A DNA stretch of 64,000 nt from Klebsiella phage K64-1. Below the pieces are notes generated by a model. It was not told the origin of the DNA, did not search any database, and was given only the letters and a program-made list of their open reading frames with translations. Shown piece after piece: positions 37,945 to 47,836 of this stretch (positions are counted from its first letter, which is position 1; each line of letters starts with the position of its first letter). The stretch lies in sequence record AB897757.1; one strand, 5' to 3'. Made by a program: the position numbers and the translations under genes.

Positions 37945-38691
37945 ATGAGACATTATTTACAAGTAACAGTACCGGATGAAAAGGAATTATATATTGTTGG
38001 TGATATTCATGGTAATGCAAGACTGTGGGATTTAACTAAAAAAGAATTTGGAATCACTGATAATGATGTAGTATTCAGCCTAGGTGATATTGTGGATCGT
38101 GGTAAAAATAATTCCAAATTACTATTTGAATTTCTTTTTCAAGACAATCGTTATATGATTAACGGTAATCACGAATCCATGCTCGTTGATGGATTGACTA
38201 ATCGTGAATGGTATCATTGTCATATGAGTAATGGTGGAGACAAACTATACGAAGAACTTGGTCATACTGGTGTAGAATTCTTTGCTCAGTACTTAAAAGA
38301 TTTACCCATGATCATAGAAATACATTATCGTGGTATGAAAATTGGATTAGTACACGGTTGCTGTCCTTTACGTTATACAGACTGGAACGAATTTTTAACT
38401 GATAGTTCAACGTTATCTCCAAAAATTGTTGAAGAATGCATTTGGTCCAGAAATGATTTTGACTATGCAAAACAAAACAACACTTATCATTCACCAAGAA
38501 TTTCCAATATTGATTATGTCATTTCAGGACATTCCCCTGTATTTGATCCACTAATTTATGGAAACCGATGGTGGATTGATTCACAATTTAGTACTGGAGA
38601 TTTGACTGTAGTACAACCAAACAGTGGAAAACTGAGATATTTTAGAAGAGAAAAGGATGCATATTCTTTTGATCGTAAACGTGGTTATTAA
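37945..38691 (+). CDS. Ser/Thr protein phosphatase, metallophosphoesterase (lambda-PPase/ApaH-like)
   Basis: ORF of 248 aa with the canonical calcineurin-fold motifs 'VGDIHGN', 'LGDIVDRG' and 'NGNHE'. Confidence 0.8.
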   Translation: MRHYLQVTVPDEKELYIVGDIHGNARLWDLTKKEFGITDNDVVFSLGDIVDRGKNNSKLLFEFLFQDNRYMINGNHESMLVDGLTNREWYHCHMSNGGDKLYEELGHTGVEFFAQYLKDLPMIIEIHYRGMKIGLVHGCCPLRYTDWNEFLTDSSTLSPKIVEECIWSRNDFDYAKQNNTYHSPRISNIDYVISGHSPVFDPLIYGNRWWIDSQFSTGDLTVVQPNSGKLRYFRREKDAYSFDRKRGY

Positions 38692-38703
38692 TAAGGATAA
38701 AAT

Positions 38704-39141
38704 ATGAAACTATATCTATTAGTTAACAGTTATTGTACTGGTAAACAAGCATATATTCAGGCAATGCACGCTGGTTTTGATCTACTCATGAAATACCATG
38801 ATGATTCAACCTATGGTACCAAATGTGTTGATATGATCACCGATTGGTACAATAATCATAAAACAGTAGTAGTACTGAATGCTGGTAATTCAGATATGCT
38901 TCATTATTATGAGACCATTCTTGACGCACAACAAACAGTTCCATACGATGTTTTCTGTGAACCCGGACTGGATGGTGCCATGACTGCAATTGCAGTACTC
39001 GCCAGTACTGAAATGGTGGAAGATATGAAACACATGCGTGATGGTTTATATGATGATGTTCCTGGATTTTTTGGTGTAAAATATGGTTGTGAATTAGAAG
39101 AAATCCTAACTGACATGAGTACCATGAGAACTGCGGATTAA
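38704..39141 (+). CDS. hypothetical protein
   Basis: ORF of 145 aa with RBS aaggataaaATATG. Confidence 0.45.
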   Translation: MKLYLLVNSYCTGKQAYIQAMHAGFDLLMKYHDDSTYGTKCVDMITDWYNNHKTVVVLNAGNSDMLHYYETILDAQQTVPYDVFCEPGLDGAMTAIAVLASTEMVEDMKHMRDGLYDDVPGFFGVKYGCELEEILTDMSTMRTAD

Positions 39142-39812
39142 TGAAAATTTATAATAAAGAAACTAAACTTTATAATAATGTTATAAAATTGTATAATTCT
39201 GAAATTAATTACTTAAAAAGCAAAGTTAAGAAACTCAAAAACAATCCAGTACTTAGAAATGAAATAAAACGAACCAACGAATTATACATCAAAAAGGCAA
39301 AAACTGAATTATCAAAAGAACATTACACCGCTTACAGTAACTGGATGGAAGCATCCTTAAATGTAAACAAAATAAAGCACAATTTGGGAATAAAAAGTTA
39401 TTTACAACTAATAACCGATTTAGAAACACAAAAGGAATTTGTATTAAAAGAAATAGAAAACCAGTTAGGTTCAGTTTTATTTCATTTGTGTGAATTAGAT
39501 GGTAATTCCTCAACGCATTATTCTTTCTTTAGTATGAATGGTGTATACATTTGGATTACCAACATCGCAACATCATATATTTTATATGATAATTTTGATT
39601 ATTACAGTACTGAATTATTTGAGGAACTTATAAAGTACCTTCCCAAGAAAAATTCTGAACTGAAATTCATTTTGCATGGTAAAAATAAGCATATAATTGT
39701 AAAAGATGATATTTTTATTCTTTTTGATGAAGTAAATTTTAACCATTTTAGTACAGGATCACTACAGGAACTATTTGAAGAAATTATAAGGATTAATAAT
39801 GAGTATACCTAG
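39141..39812 (+). CDS. hypothetical protein with an N-terminal coiled-coil-like region
   Basis: ORF of 223 aa. Confidence 0.45.
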   Translation: MKIYNKETKLYNNVIKLYNSEINYLKSKVKKLKNNPVLRNEIKRTNELYIKKAKTELSKEHYTAYSNWMEASLNVNKIKHNLGIKSYLQLITDLETQKEFVLKEIENQLGSVLFHLCELDGNSSTHYSFFSMNGVYIWITNIATSYILYDNFDYYSTELFEELIKYLPKKNSELKFILHGKNKHIIVKDDIFILFDEVNFNHFSTGSLQELFEEIIRINNEYT

Positions 39813-41013
39813 TAAATTATACGTAGCACGTTCATATGCTGGAACAGATAAAATAAATGGAAGTATAATCGATGCAACAAAAGATCATACTAAAGCATAT
39901 CAGGATAAAAAATCCAGAGTAGATCAACGCCACCGACATAATACACTGGCTTCACTTGAACTGGATAATGTCCCAACAAAGGGGTTCAGCGTAGTCAAAC
40001 AATATAGTTATGTCAGCCGTGAATGTTTTTTTTCTATTCATCACCCAAGAGGTTTTGAATTTAATATTTCAGTACAAAATATGATCGATTTGATTGCTAA
40101 TAATAATATAATCAATGGTTCATTTGTTGATGAAATGTACTTCGATGATAAATTACAGCTAATCAACAGTAATACTGAAGCGTTTGAAAAAATGAAAAAA
40201 CGCGAAGAAATCAAAGAAAAGAACAAAAATACAAAAGAAAATCTTAAATGTGGTAGTGGTTTTGTTTATCTGAAAAATGAATTCTATTACTGCGGTAAAG
40301 TTCATGCAATTAGTGTTCATGCAAACAAAGATTATGCATTAACTGATAAAAGTCGTTCATATGATTTAGTATATGATATTGGCAAGAAACTCTATTCTTT
40401 GTGTAATGATTTGAGTAAGTACCAAATTGAACAAAGAGCACTTCTTAATACAAAAACTGATTTAGAAACAGAAGTACAGAAAGCAAATACATATTTTCAA
40501 AGTACAGTCAAAAAAGAATATGCACCTCTTTCCGACCAAAGAGAACCAGTACTAATTCATACCAAATCATTCAAGAAATCCGACTTACGTATTCAGTACA
40601 ATGATATTTCTTATTCAGAAATGTCAAACGGTGTAAATTATTTTTGTTCTAATTTATTATACTTAGCAGAATATAATAATAACACATATAGAGTGTTCTT
40701 TGGTCTTAATAAAAACTATAAGCCAGGTGTATACCGACATTATAGTAATGATTATGATATAATCAATTCTGGTAATTTTGAGATTTACTGTGCATACCCA
40801 TGTACTGTGTCAGAAAATACATTAGAAATGGATGTTGACATTAATAGTCATTATTCTTTTGCTATGTGGGGTGCATATAAATCACCATTCTATCCACCAT
40901 CCAAGCGTTATGACGCATATAGTACCAGTTATAAAAACAAAAAGGAACTAATTCATCTTGATCCATCTAATACAGTACTAAAAGTTGGTCGTTATTATCT
41001 ACAAGGAAAGTAA
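39799..41013 (+). CDS. hypothetical protein
   Basis: ORF of 404 aa immediately upstream of DNA ligase. Confidence 0.5.
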   Translation: MSIPSKLYVARSYAGTDKINGSIIDATKDHTKAYQDKKSRVDQRHRHNTLASLELDNVPTKGFSVVKQYSYVSRECFFSIHHPRGFEFNISVQNMIDLIANNNIINGSFVDEMYFDDKLQLINSNTEAFEKMKKREEIKEKNKNTKENLKCGSGFVYLKNEFYYCGKVHAISVHANKDYALTDKSRSYDLVYDIGKKLYSLCNDLSKYQIEQRALLNTKTDLETEVQKANTYFQSTVKKEYAPLSDQREPVLIHTKSFKKSDLRIQYNDISYSEMSNGVNYFCSNLLYLAEYNNNTYRVFFGLNKNYKPGVYRHYSNDYDIINSGNFEIYCAYPCTVSENTLEMDVDINSHYSFAMWGAYKSPFYPPSKRYDAYSTSYKNKKELIHLDPSNTVLKVGRYYLQGK

Positions 41014-41015
41014 AA

Positions 41016-42419
41016 ATGAGCATTCTGTCCATTCTAAATGAAATTAAAAATACCAGCAGTACTAATGCAAAAAAAGATATCCTAAGAGAAAATAAAAATA
41101 ATATTTTACTACAAAAGGTAATCAAATACGCATTGGATCCTCTTAAAGTTTATGGATATAAAAAGCTTCCAGAACCAGTCTCAGACGGTTTCAAAATGAG
41201 CCTTAATGATGCACTGGACGCACTTGACCGTATTGCTAGTCGTGAATTTACTGGTCATACTGGCCGTGATTTTATTGCATCAGTCCTTGGTTCAGTTAAT
41301 GAAGATGATGCTGAAGTACTACGTAAAGTATTGGTTAAAAATCTAGATAATGGTATTCAAGCAAAAATGGCAAATGCTGTTTTTGGTAATATCGTTCTCG
41401 ATGAAAGTTATATGCGTTGTGATCTACTTACTGCAAAAACGGCAAAAAAAATTAATTTTAAAAAGTTTGGTTATGCAGTTAGTGAATTAAAACATGATGG
41501 TCAATATCTTTCGCATATTATCAAAGATGGAAAAGTCACGAGTACCAGTCGCAACTCCAAAATATATGACTTTTATGGAACTAAAGATGATGATATGCTA
41601 AAACTTGCTGAACTTATTCAAAGTTCCGACTCTCGTTTTAGTTCCGGTGTTGTTGTGATGGGTGAAGCATTAGTATACAGTACTGACATGATTAACCCAG
41701 AACCACGAACTACTGGTAATGGTATTATTCAGAAATTTGGTAAAAATGGTGGTACTATTGACGAAGCCCACAGGGTATTCTTTAAACTATGGGATGTTGT
41801 TCCATATGATGCGTTCATTGAAGGTGAGTGGGATGTTATTAGAAAGGAACGCCGAGAACTATTAGAAAATACATTAAATGAATTAAATTCTAACTTTGTT
41901 AAAATGACTGAGTACAGAATCGTTCATTCATTTAAAGAAGCATTTGATTATAATACAGAAGTGATGACACAAGGTTCCGAAGGTACTATCATCAAGTCTG
42001 AAGACAATATTTTCAAATCACATACATCACCAACACAACTTAAAGTCAAACTCAAGATGGAAGTTGATTTGAAAATTGTTGGATTTGAAAAAGGTGTAGG
42101 AAAACGTAAAGGAACACTTGGTTCTATTATTCTACAAAGTGATGATGGTCAATTAGTGACCAACTGTGGGACTGGTTTCACTGATAAAATGCTTGACGAA
42201 ATCTGGAAAAACAGAGATAATCTTCTTTACAAAATCGTAGCAGTTGAAGCAAATGATATAGTACTTGATAAGCGTACAAAAGTTCCAAGTTTATTCTTAC
42301 CAGTATTTGTGGAAATTCGTGAAGATAAGGATACTGCTGATACTTATAGTAGAATTCAAGAAATCAAAGAAAGTAGTATTGAAGTATTCAGTACTAAACT
42401 ATTAGAATCAATCAAATAA
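41016..42419 (+). CDS. ATP-dependent DNA ligase (T4 gp30-type)
   Basis: ORF of 467 aa. 'MSILSILNEIKNTSSTNAKKDILRENKNN' matches T4 'MILKILNEIASIGSTKQKQAILEKNKDN'. It also carries the adenylation motif 'ELKHDGQ', 'VVMGEALVY', 'EGTIIKS' and 'VKLKMEVDLKIVG', which line up with T4 'QLKADGA', 'IDGELVY', 'EGIILKN' and 'FKEVIDVDLKIVG'. Confidence 0.9.
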   Translation: MSILSILNEIKNTSSTNAKKDILRENKNNILLQKVIKYALDPLKVYGYKKLPEPVSDGFKMSLNDALDALDRIASREFTGHTGRDFIASVLGSVNEDDAEVLRKVLVKNLDNGIQAKMANAVFGNIVLDESYMRCDLLTAKTAKKINFKKFGYAVSELKHDGQYLSHIIKDGKVTSTSRNSKIYDFYGTKDDDMLKLAELIQSSDSRFSSGVVVMGEALVYSTDMINPEPRTTGNGIIQKFGKNGGTIDEAHRVFFKLWDVVPYDAFIEGEWDVIRKERRELLENTLNELNSNFVKMTEYRIVHSFKEAFDYNTEVMTQGSEGTIIKSEDNIFKSHTSPTQLKVKLKMEVDLKIVGFEKGVGKRKGTLGSIILQSDDGQLVTNCGTGFTDKMLDEIWKNRDNLLYKIVAVEANDIVLDKRTKVPSLFLPVFVEIREDKDTADTYSRIQEIKESSIEVFSTKLLESIK

Positions 42420-42427
42420 GGTATATT

Positions 42428-42721
42428 ATGAAAATTAAATCACTAATTGCAGGTTTTTCATTGGCATCTATTATTTTCATTACTGGTTGTACTGACGCAA
42501 CTCAATCACAAATCATGTCACTTGGTAATATTCATCAAGTTAAATGTTATAGTGGTGGAGTAGAAATCTTTAATGATTACAGTACTGGTAAAGTGAATGA
42601 TGAAAGTGGTAATGGTATTGGATATGAATCTTACTATACTAAACAATATGTAAACACATATGCAGATTGTATTGTACATACTATGCCAAATAATTTTGTG
42701 CCTCCTTCTAAATCAGAATAA
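42428..42721 (+). CDS. small lipoprotein
   Basis: ORF of 97 aa with signal peptide plus lipobox 'ASIIFITGC'. Confidence 0.5.
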   Translation: MKIKSLIAGFSLASIIFITGCTDATQSQIMSLGNIHQVKCYSGGVEIFNDYSTGKVNDESGNGIGYESYYTKQYVNTYADCIVHTMPNNFVPPSKSE

Positions 42722-42742
42722 GGAATATTAAAATAGAGCACT

Positions 42743-43156
42743 TTGTGCTCTCTAATTTTTATGTACATAAAAATGCTAAATTTTAGGAATAATGATTTTA
42801 TATTTACATCAACTGCATCACCACAGTCGTATTTGAATATGAATAATCTACCTTATGGTATTATGTACCATTGTGATGTATCTACAATTTTTGATTCCAA
42901 TAATCCTGAATTTCATTTCGTTGAAAAATCAAGATATAATAACAATGTTGGTATTATCAATGGTGGATTATATGAGTATGCATTTGATTACGATAAAAAT
43001 TATTATGTAGCAATACCAAATAGTAGTTTAGTGTATTCATATATGCTGACTGATATAATTGGATTACCATTCAGTACTAAATTATTGAAATTTGATTTGA
43101 GGGTGATTGAACCAGTACTATTATGGGATTTTATTTTTGCAATGAAATCGCTTTAA
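42743..43156 (+). CDS. hypothetical protein (alternative start ATG 42770)
   Basis: ORF of 137 aa. Confidence 0.4.
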   Translation: MCSLIFMYIKMLNFRNNDFIFTSTASPQSYLNMNNLPYGIMYHCDVSTIFDSNNPEFHFVEKSRYNNNVGIINGGLYEYAFDYDKNYYVAIPNSSLVYSYMLTDIIGLPFSTKLLKFDLRVIEPVLLWDFIFAMKSL

Positions 43157-43159
43157 TTC

Positions 43160-43188
43160 TTGACAAATGTAAAAATTTGTGATATAGT
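43160..43188 (+). promoter_or_regulatory. sigma70-like promoter TTGACA-N17-TGTGATATAGT
   Basis: TTGACA at 43160-43165 and TATAGT at 43183-43188, with a TG extended -10. Confidence 0.5.
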
Positions 43189-43194
43189 GATTGT

Positions 43195-43321
43195 AATGAT
43201 TGCAGTATTAAAATACGTATATGTAAAATGGAGAATATACTATGATTAATTTGACATAAGAAGAAACTGCTGTTATTATAAAAAAAATAATCAATAAGCT
43301 CACCATAAGGTGAGCATTTTT
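43195..43321 (+). ncRNA. candidate small RNA (about 125 nt) bounded by a promoter and an intrinsic terminator
   Basis: A consensus promoter at 43160-43188 and the terminator gctcacc-ataa-ggtgagc+attttt at 43298-43321 enclose only a trivial 5-codon ORF (MENIL). Confidence 0.35.
43298..43321 (+). terminator. rho-independent terminator
   Basis: Sequence gctcacc-ataa-ggtgagc followed by atttttg. Confidence 0.6.
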
Positions 43322-43370
43322 GTCTCAAAATACTTACAATTTAATAGATTAAAATATACAAAGGATTTGT

Positions 43371-44195
43371 ATGAAAGTAACAGGAAAGGGAAATCAGAAG
43401 GATGACCTATTTCATATAGATAAGTTTTTAAATACTGGTAAATTTTTACCAGGAACAATATTTTCTCGTTCAACTACTAGACAAAAGAACAATAAAGGTG
43501 TAATATCATATCCATATTGGAATTATAAATGCCCCAAATGTTCACATGATGAATTCGTTGAACATGGTTTATGTTCTGGTGTATTCGAAGGTGAATGTCA
43601 AAAACTAAAATTAGGAAAACGTAATTGTAGATGTGCTCCGACATATAGGTGGACACAAGAACAACGAGAATATCAAATACAAAAAGAAATCGATGAACGT
43701 GGTCTAGAAAATTATTTTATTGGATGGGTTGATCCTGAAGGATATAAAAATAATGGAAGTAAAATTATAATTGGATGTATAAATTCAGATGATGATGGTA
43801 CCCAACATAAAAGTTATACTATAGCAATAAATGATTTTCTCCATGGACATAAAGGTTGTGCTAAATGTGCCGGTCAAACACAAAAACATGCATATATAAA
43901 TGTTGTATATAATGAAAATAAACCAGTAGCTATAAAATTTGGAATTGCAAATGCACCACACATAAGGATTGAATTTCAAAATAGTAAAAATTTATATAAG
44001 ATGGTTCAAACGCACATTTACAAATTTTTCAGTACTGAACAATGTAAAGATGCTGAACGATATTGTAAATCAATTTATAAAAATGTTTTAACAAAAGAAC
44101 AACTATTTGATGGTTATACTGAAACCACACTATTGGAAAATATAGAAAATATTATTCAAATCTATGAAAAATATGGTGGAATCAGAACAAAATAA
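43371..44195 (+). CDS. Cys/His-rich (zinc-finger-like) protein of unknown function
   Basis: ORF of 274 aa with two similar modules, 'YKCPKCSHDEFVEHGLCSGVFEGECQ' and 'IGCINSDDDGTQHKS...HGHKGCAKCAG'. The RBS is aaggatttgtATG. Confidence 0.5.
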   Translation: MKVTGKGNQKDDLFHIDKFLNTGKFLPGTIFSRSTTRQKNNKGVISYPYWNYKCPKCSHDEFVEHGLCSGVFEGECQKLKLGKRNCRCAPTYRWTQEQREYQIQKEIDERGLENYFIGWVDPEGYKNNGSKIIIGCINSDDDGTQHKSYTIAINDFLHGHKGCAKCAGQTQKHAYINVVYNENKPVAIKFGIANAPHIRIEFQNSKNLYKMVQTHIYKFFSTEQCKDAERYCKSIYKNVLTKEQLFDGYTETTLLENIENIIQIYEKYGGIRTK

Positions 44196-44198
44196 TGA

Positions 44199-44226
44199 TT
44201 GACATTTTATTTGTTTATGTTACAAT
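44199..44226 (+). promoter_or_regulatory. sigma70-like promoter TTGACA-N16-TACAAT
   Basis: TTGACA at 44199-44204 and TACAAT at 44221-44226, upstream of the ClpP-like gene. Confidence 0.45.
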
Positions 44227-44264
44227 GTCTCTATAAATTGATTAATAAACACGAGGAAATACAA

Positions 44265-44966
44265 ATGCTAGATCAATTCACATTCGGTGGTTACTCATCC
44301 GGTACACAAATTACTAACTACAGTGTTCCAATTGTGGTAGAAAAAGAAAATGGGCAAGAGCGTTCTTATGACTTGTCTTCTCGTATGATGAAAGAACGTA
44401 TTATTTTCATCGATTCTGATTTCAATCCACAAATGGCACACATTCTAAAAATGCAACTACTTTGGCTTGACTCACAGGATGATGCACCAATTGTATTGTA
44501 TGTATCATCACCTGGTGGTTCTGTTCATGATGGTCTAGGTATTGCTGACGTTGCGAAATACTGTCGCTCTCCAATTCGTACTATTGTAATGGGATACGCC
44601 GCCAGTATGGGTGCGTTTACACAAAGTACAGTAGGTACTCCAGGTCATCGTTTTGCTGGTGAATCTGCTATGATTATGTGTCACCAAGTATCTTCAGGCA
44701 CTAAAGGTCTAATTACTGATCAGAAGATTGCTCTAAAGCATACTGAACGCCTTAATGAACTACTGATGAAACGCATTGCTGAAAGTGTTGGTGTTTCATA
44801 TGAACAACTACTTGAAGATGCTGACCGTGACTTGTGGCTAAATGCTGAAGAGTCACTAAATTATGGTACTAAAGGTTTCATTGATGGTATTATTCTTAGT
44901 GCTAAAAATGAAAAAGGTGAATTCCTAGTTCGTCGTCGCGGTGGCGTAGAAGAGTGGGTCAAATAA
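44265..44966 (+). CDS. ClpP-family serine protease (ATP-dependent Clp protease proteolytic subunit-like)
   Basis: Start chosen at the ATG 'MLDQFTFGG' with RBS gagga. 'GYAASMGAF' aligns to ClpP G(Q)AASMGA with the catalytic Ser, and 'MCHQ' to the catalytic His. The whole protein is colinear with ClpP. Confidence 0.8.
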   Translation: MLDQFTFGGYSSGTQITNYSVPIVVEKENGQERSYDLSSRMMKERIIFIDSDFNPQMAHILKMQLLWLDSQDDAPIVLYVSSPGGSVHDGLGIADVAKYCRSPIRTIVMGYAASMGAFTQSTVGTPGHRFAGESAMIMCHQVSSGTKGLITDQKIALKHTERLNELLMKRIAESVGVSYEQLLEDADRDLWLNAEESLNYGTKGFIDGIILSAKNEKGEFLVRRRGGVEEWVK

Positions 44967-44983
44967 TTTAGTACTGAATAATT

Positions 44984-45009
44984 AAAACCCTCCAATTGGA
45001 GGGTATTTT
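44984..45009 (+). terminator. rho-independent terminator
   Basis: Sequence aaaaccctcc-aatt-ggagggtatttt. Confidence 0.6.
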
Positions 45010-45023
45010 GTATAGAGAGTAAT

Positions 45024-45305
45024 ATGAAACAATTAATTCGAAACAATACAAATGAAGAATCCGAAATTCTAGATGATACTGAATTTCTCAGTACTGCATT
45101 AGAACAGATCAGTACTACTGCATTAAATCTCAAAGAAGTTGATGCAACTGATAAATTGCTTGATGGTTTTTCAGATATTCTTGAACTTCTTAGTGAAGTA
45201 CTTCTTAAAAATAATATCAATCCAAAAAATGCTTTTATTCATGCAGAAAATCTACGTCAAGAAAAGGGGACTTTTCATGACAAGAAAGCAATTAATAAAG
45301 ACTAA
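45024..45305 (+). CDS. hypothetical acidic protein
   Basis: ORF of 93 aa. Confidence 0.45.
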   Translation: MKQLIRNNTNEESEILDDTEFLSTALEQISTTALNLKEVDATDKLLDGFSDILELLSEVLLKNNINPKNAFIHAENLRQEKGTFHDKKAINKD

Positions 45306-45328
45306 CATCAATTAAAAGGAATTAGAAT

Positions 45329-45793
45329 ATGTCACAACAAGAACAATATGAACTAGGTAAAGTATCTTTCAACAACGGTATTGTATATACTCAGGAAGAA
45401 CTTAAACAATGTAATCCACTATTTCGTACTGGATATAAGGCTGCACAACAAGCAGCGATGCTACGAAATAACAACATTTTCCCCACTGTACTCTTCGATG
45501 TTCCAAAACGTCCAGAAATTTTCAAACCAACATGGGTTGATATCATGAGTGCAATGAAACGCCCACGATACCATCGCTTACATAGTAATGAAGGCCGTTG
45601 GTTGATGTTTGGTATTGCTAAGCATATTGAAACACGTACAAGTGAAATCAAGCGTTATAAAGACGTGCTCACTATGGTGGATGAAGCATTTGACTATGTT
45701 CTCCAATATGGTTATGATGAAGGTGTATTAACGGCACAGGATTGTGAGCAATATAATTACACACCAAAGCCAGTAATTGCAAATAAAGAATAA
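45329..45793 (+). CDS. hypothetical protein
   Basis: ORF of 154 aa with RBS aaaggaattagaatATG. Confidence 0.5.
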   Translation: MSQQEQYELGKVSFNNGIVYTQEELKQCNPLFRTGYKAAQQAAMLRNNNIFPTVLFDVPKRPEIFKPTWVDIMSAMKRPRYHRLHSNEGRWLMFGIAKHIETRTSEIKRYKDVLTMVDEAFDYVLQYGYDEGVLTAQDCEQYNYTPKPVIANKE

Positions 45794-45842
45794 AATAGAT
45801 CCAGTACTACACTCTATGTGGTATTTTTGAGGTAATTGTAAT

Positions 45843-46202
45843 ATGCGTAAAATTATTTGTGTTGATATGGATTATTCCGCTGACCCTCTGTGGTTAGGAA
45901 TTGAAGATGTAGATGAACCAGAAAGTATTTCATTCATCAATGAATGTTTGACTGATTACGAGGATGTTTTGAGTAATGAAGTACTACACAGTTTAACTCT
46001 ATTCCAATCCACATGGGAAAGTTTTCACAGTTCAAAATACAAATCTGTATTTTCTGCATATTCTTTTCCTGGATCATTCAGTACCAAAGAATACCTGAGT
46101 ACTTTAGCTTTTTTGTGTGCTTCACAAATTAAAAAAGAACACCCAGAATGGCGTGTATTTTATACCTCAATGTATGATTATGAAAGGACTGAATTAAAAT
46201 GA
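45843..46202 (+). CDS. hypothetical protein
   Basis: ORF of 119 aa. Confidence 0.45.
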   Translation: MRKIICVDMDYSADPLWLGIEDVDEPESISFINECLTDYEDVLSNEVLHSLTLFQSTWESFHSSKYKSVFSAYSFPGSFSTKEYLSTLAFLCASQIKKEHPEWRVFYTSMYDYERTELK

Positions 46203-46747
46203 AATTAAAAAATGCAGATGTAAAAAACATTAGTACTAAAATTGAATACTTGCATAAGCGTAGAATTGAACTTGCATATGAAATTAGTACTAAAGCATAT
46301 AATTTAGTTAAAGGGTTATATGCCGAATATGAAAAAAATTTCAAATATAGTATTTTAAATACACTTCAATTCAAACCACAATCTTTTGATAGTTTTGAGA
46401 AAGATTTGTTTGGTGGTGGAGGATTCTATAGTACCAAAAAGAAAATTGTACTTGATGTAGTTAATCAGACCAATCCAGGTGTTACTAGGGTGATATTTGT
46501 TGATGCTTTGTGGTTTAAAGTCAAATATACTATAACCAACGAAAAGGATGATGATTTTATTCATCGTGCTGATACAGTAGGTCAAATTTTTGTAGATCAC
46601 AATAAAGACTTTGATTTTTATAAAAAATTCCGTATTATTTCTGAATTGGGTGATATCGTATATGAAGATTCAGATTTATCCCGAATTACACGTTGGGAAA
46701 GAGAGATTGATAATATGGAATCAATTTTAGCGGATTACAATAAATGA
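46199..46747 (+). CDS. hypothetical protein
   Basis: ORF of 182 aa, translationally coupled to the upstream gene. Confidence 0.45.
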   Translation: MKLKNADVKNISTKIEYLHKRRIELAYEISTKAYNLVKGLYAEYEKNFKYSILNTLQFKPQSFDSFEKDLFGGGGFYSTKKKIVLDVVNQTNPGVTRVIFVDALWFKVKYTITNEKDDDFIHRADTVGQIFVDHNKDFDFYKKFRIISELGDIVYEDSDLSRITRWEREIDNMESILADYNK

Positions 46748-47271
46748 TATATCATTTAACTGAAGAACAAAGTACTGAATACTTTAACAATTTAGAAGCG
46801 GTTCTGGACTATCATAAAAAAATTCATACAGATGCATGTAATATTTTAAATTCTTGGTATACTTTTTATAAATTGAATTTTAATAACCTACCGTGGTATA
46901 TGAAATTTGGTGTTTTATCATATAAAAAGTTTTTAGCATCTATTGCTAACGATACTGGGTTAGAAATAAGAAATAAAATGTATCAATATGTAACACCACG
47001 CAATATGTCTGGATGGGTTTATAAATTAAAAATTAATAAAATCCAAAAATTAACTGGTATTGATTTAAGTACCGAAAGTATAAATTTGGTAATTCATGCA
47101 ATGCATTTTGGTTTACAATATGATAGTATGTATGATTTGTATAGAACATTAGAAAAAATAAAAAAATATGGTTCAATTCCATATACTATTGATGAATATG
47201 ATTTGAAAATTTTTGAACATGTATCATTTTTAGTACAACATTATAATATAGAGAAATATAATGAAGCATAA
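46744..47271 (+). CDS. hypothetical protein
   Basis: ORF of 175 aa. Confidence 0.45.
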   Translation: MIYHLTEEQSTEYFNNLEAVLDYHKKIHTDACNILNSWYTFYKLNFNNLPWYMKFGVLSYKKFLASIANDTGLEIRNKMYQYVTPRNMSGWVYKLKINKIQKLTGIDLSTESINLVIHAMHFGLQYDSMYDLYRTLEKIKKYGSIPYTIDEYDLKIFEHVSFLVQHYNIEKYNEA

Positions 47272-47731
47272 AACATGGTTAAATATTGCTAAAGCGGTTG
47301 CCGAGGAAAGTAAATGTATTTCACACAAAGTTGGTGCAGTAATTGTAAAGAATAACAGGATTCTCAGTACTGGGTATAATGGTACAAGTTCTGGAGCAGT
47401 TAATTGTTGTGATGCGAATAGTCATTTAATTCATAATAATGAATTTCAAAATTGGGTATCAGATGAAGCTAAACATGAACATCATGAGTGGAGTAATATT
47501 CATGAAATTCACGCAGAAATGAATGCTTTATTATATAGCTCTCCACAAGAACGACAGGGTGCAACTCTTTATAGTACAATGCAACCCTGCTATACCTGTT
47601 CTAAATTAATTGCAGGGAGTGGTATTACTAATGTAATTTATGAAAAAGAATACCCACGTACACCACCCGAAGCAATTGAAGTTTTAAAAGATGCTGGTAT
47701 TACAGTTAATAAATTATCAGATTTGGAATAA
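47261..47731 (+). CDS. cd: dCMP deaminase (cytidine/deoxycytidylate deaminase zinc-binding family)
   Basis: ORF of 156 aa with 'HEIHAEMNALLY' (the H-A-E zinc and catalytic motif) and 'PCYTCSKLIAGSGI' (PCxxC). In T-even phages cd sits in a similar neighbourhood. Confidence 0.85.
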   Translation: MKHKTWLNIAKAVAEESKCISHKVGAVIVKNNRILSTGYNGTSSGAVNCCDANSHLIHNNEFQNWVSDEAKHEHHEWSNIHEIHAEMNALLYSSPQERQGATLYSTMQPCYTCSKLIAGSGITNVIYEKEYPRTPPEAIEVLKDAGITVNKLSDLE

Positions 47732-47802
47732 TTATTTTAACATAATAAATGCACTTTTGGATTATATACAATTAGTATCTTTTGAGTTAAAATAATACAA
47801 AA

Positions 47803-47826
47803 AAGGAGAACTATAAAGTTCTCCTT
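47803..47826. terminator. bidirectional rho-independent terminator between convergent genes
   Basis: Perfect 10-bp stem aaggagaact-ataa-agttctcctt with an A-run upstream and a T-run downstream. Confidence 0.6.
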
Positions 47827-47836
47827 AATTTTTAAA

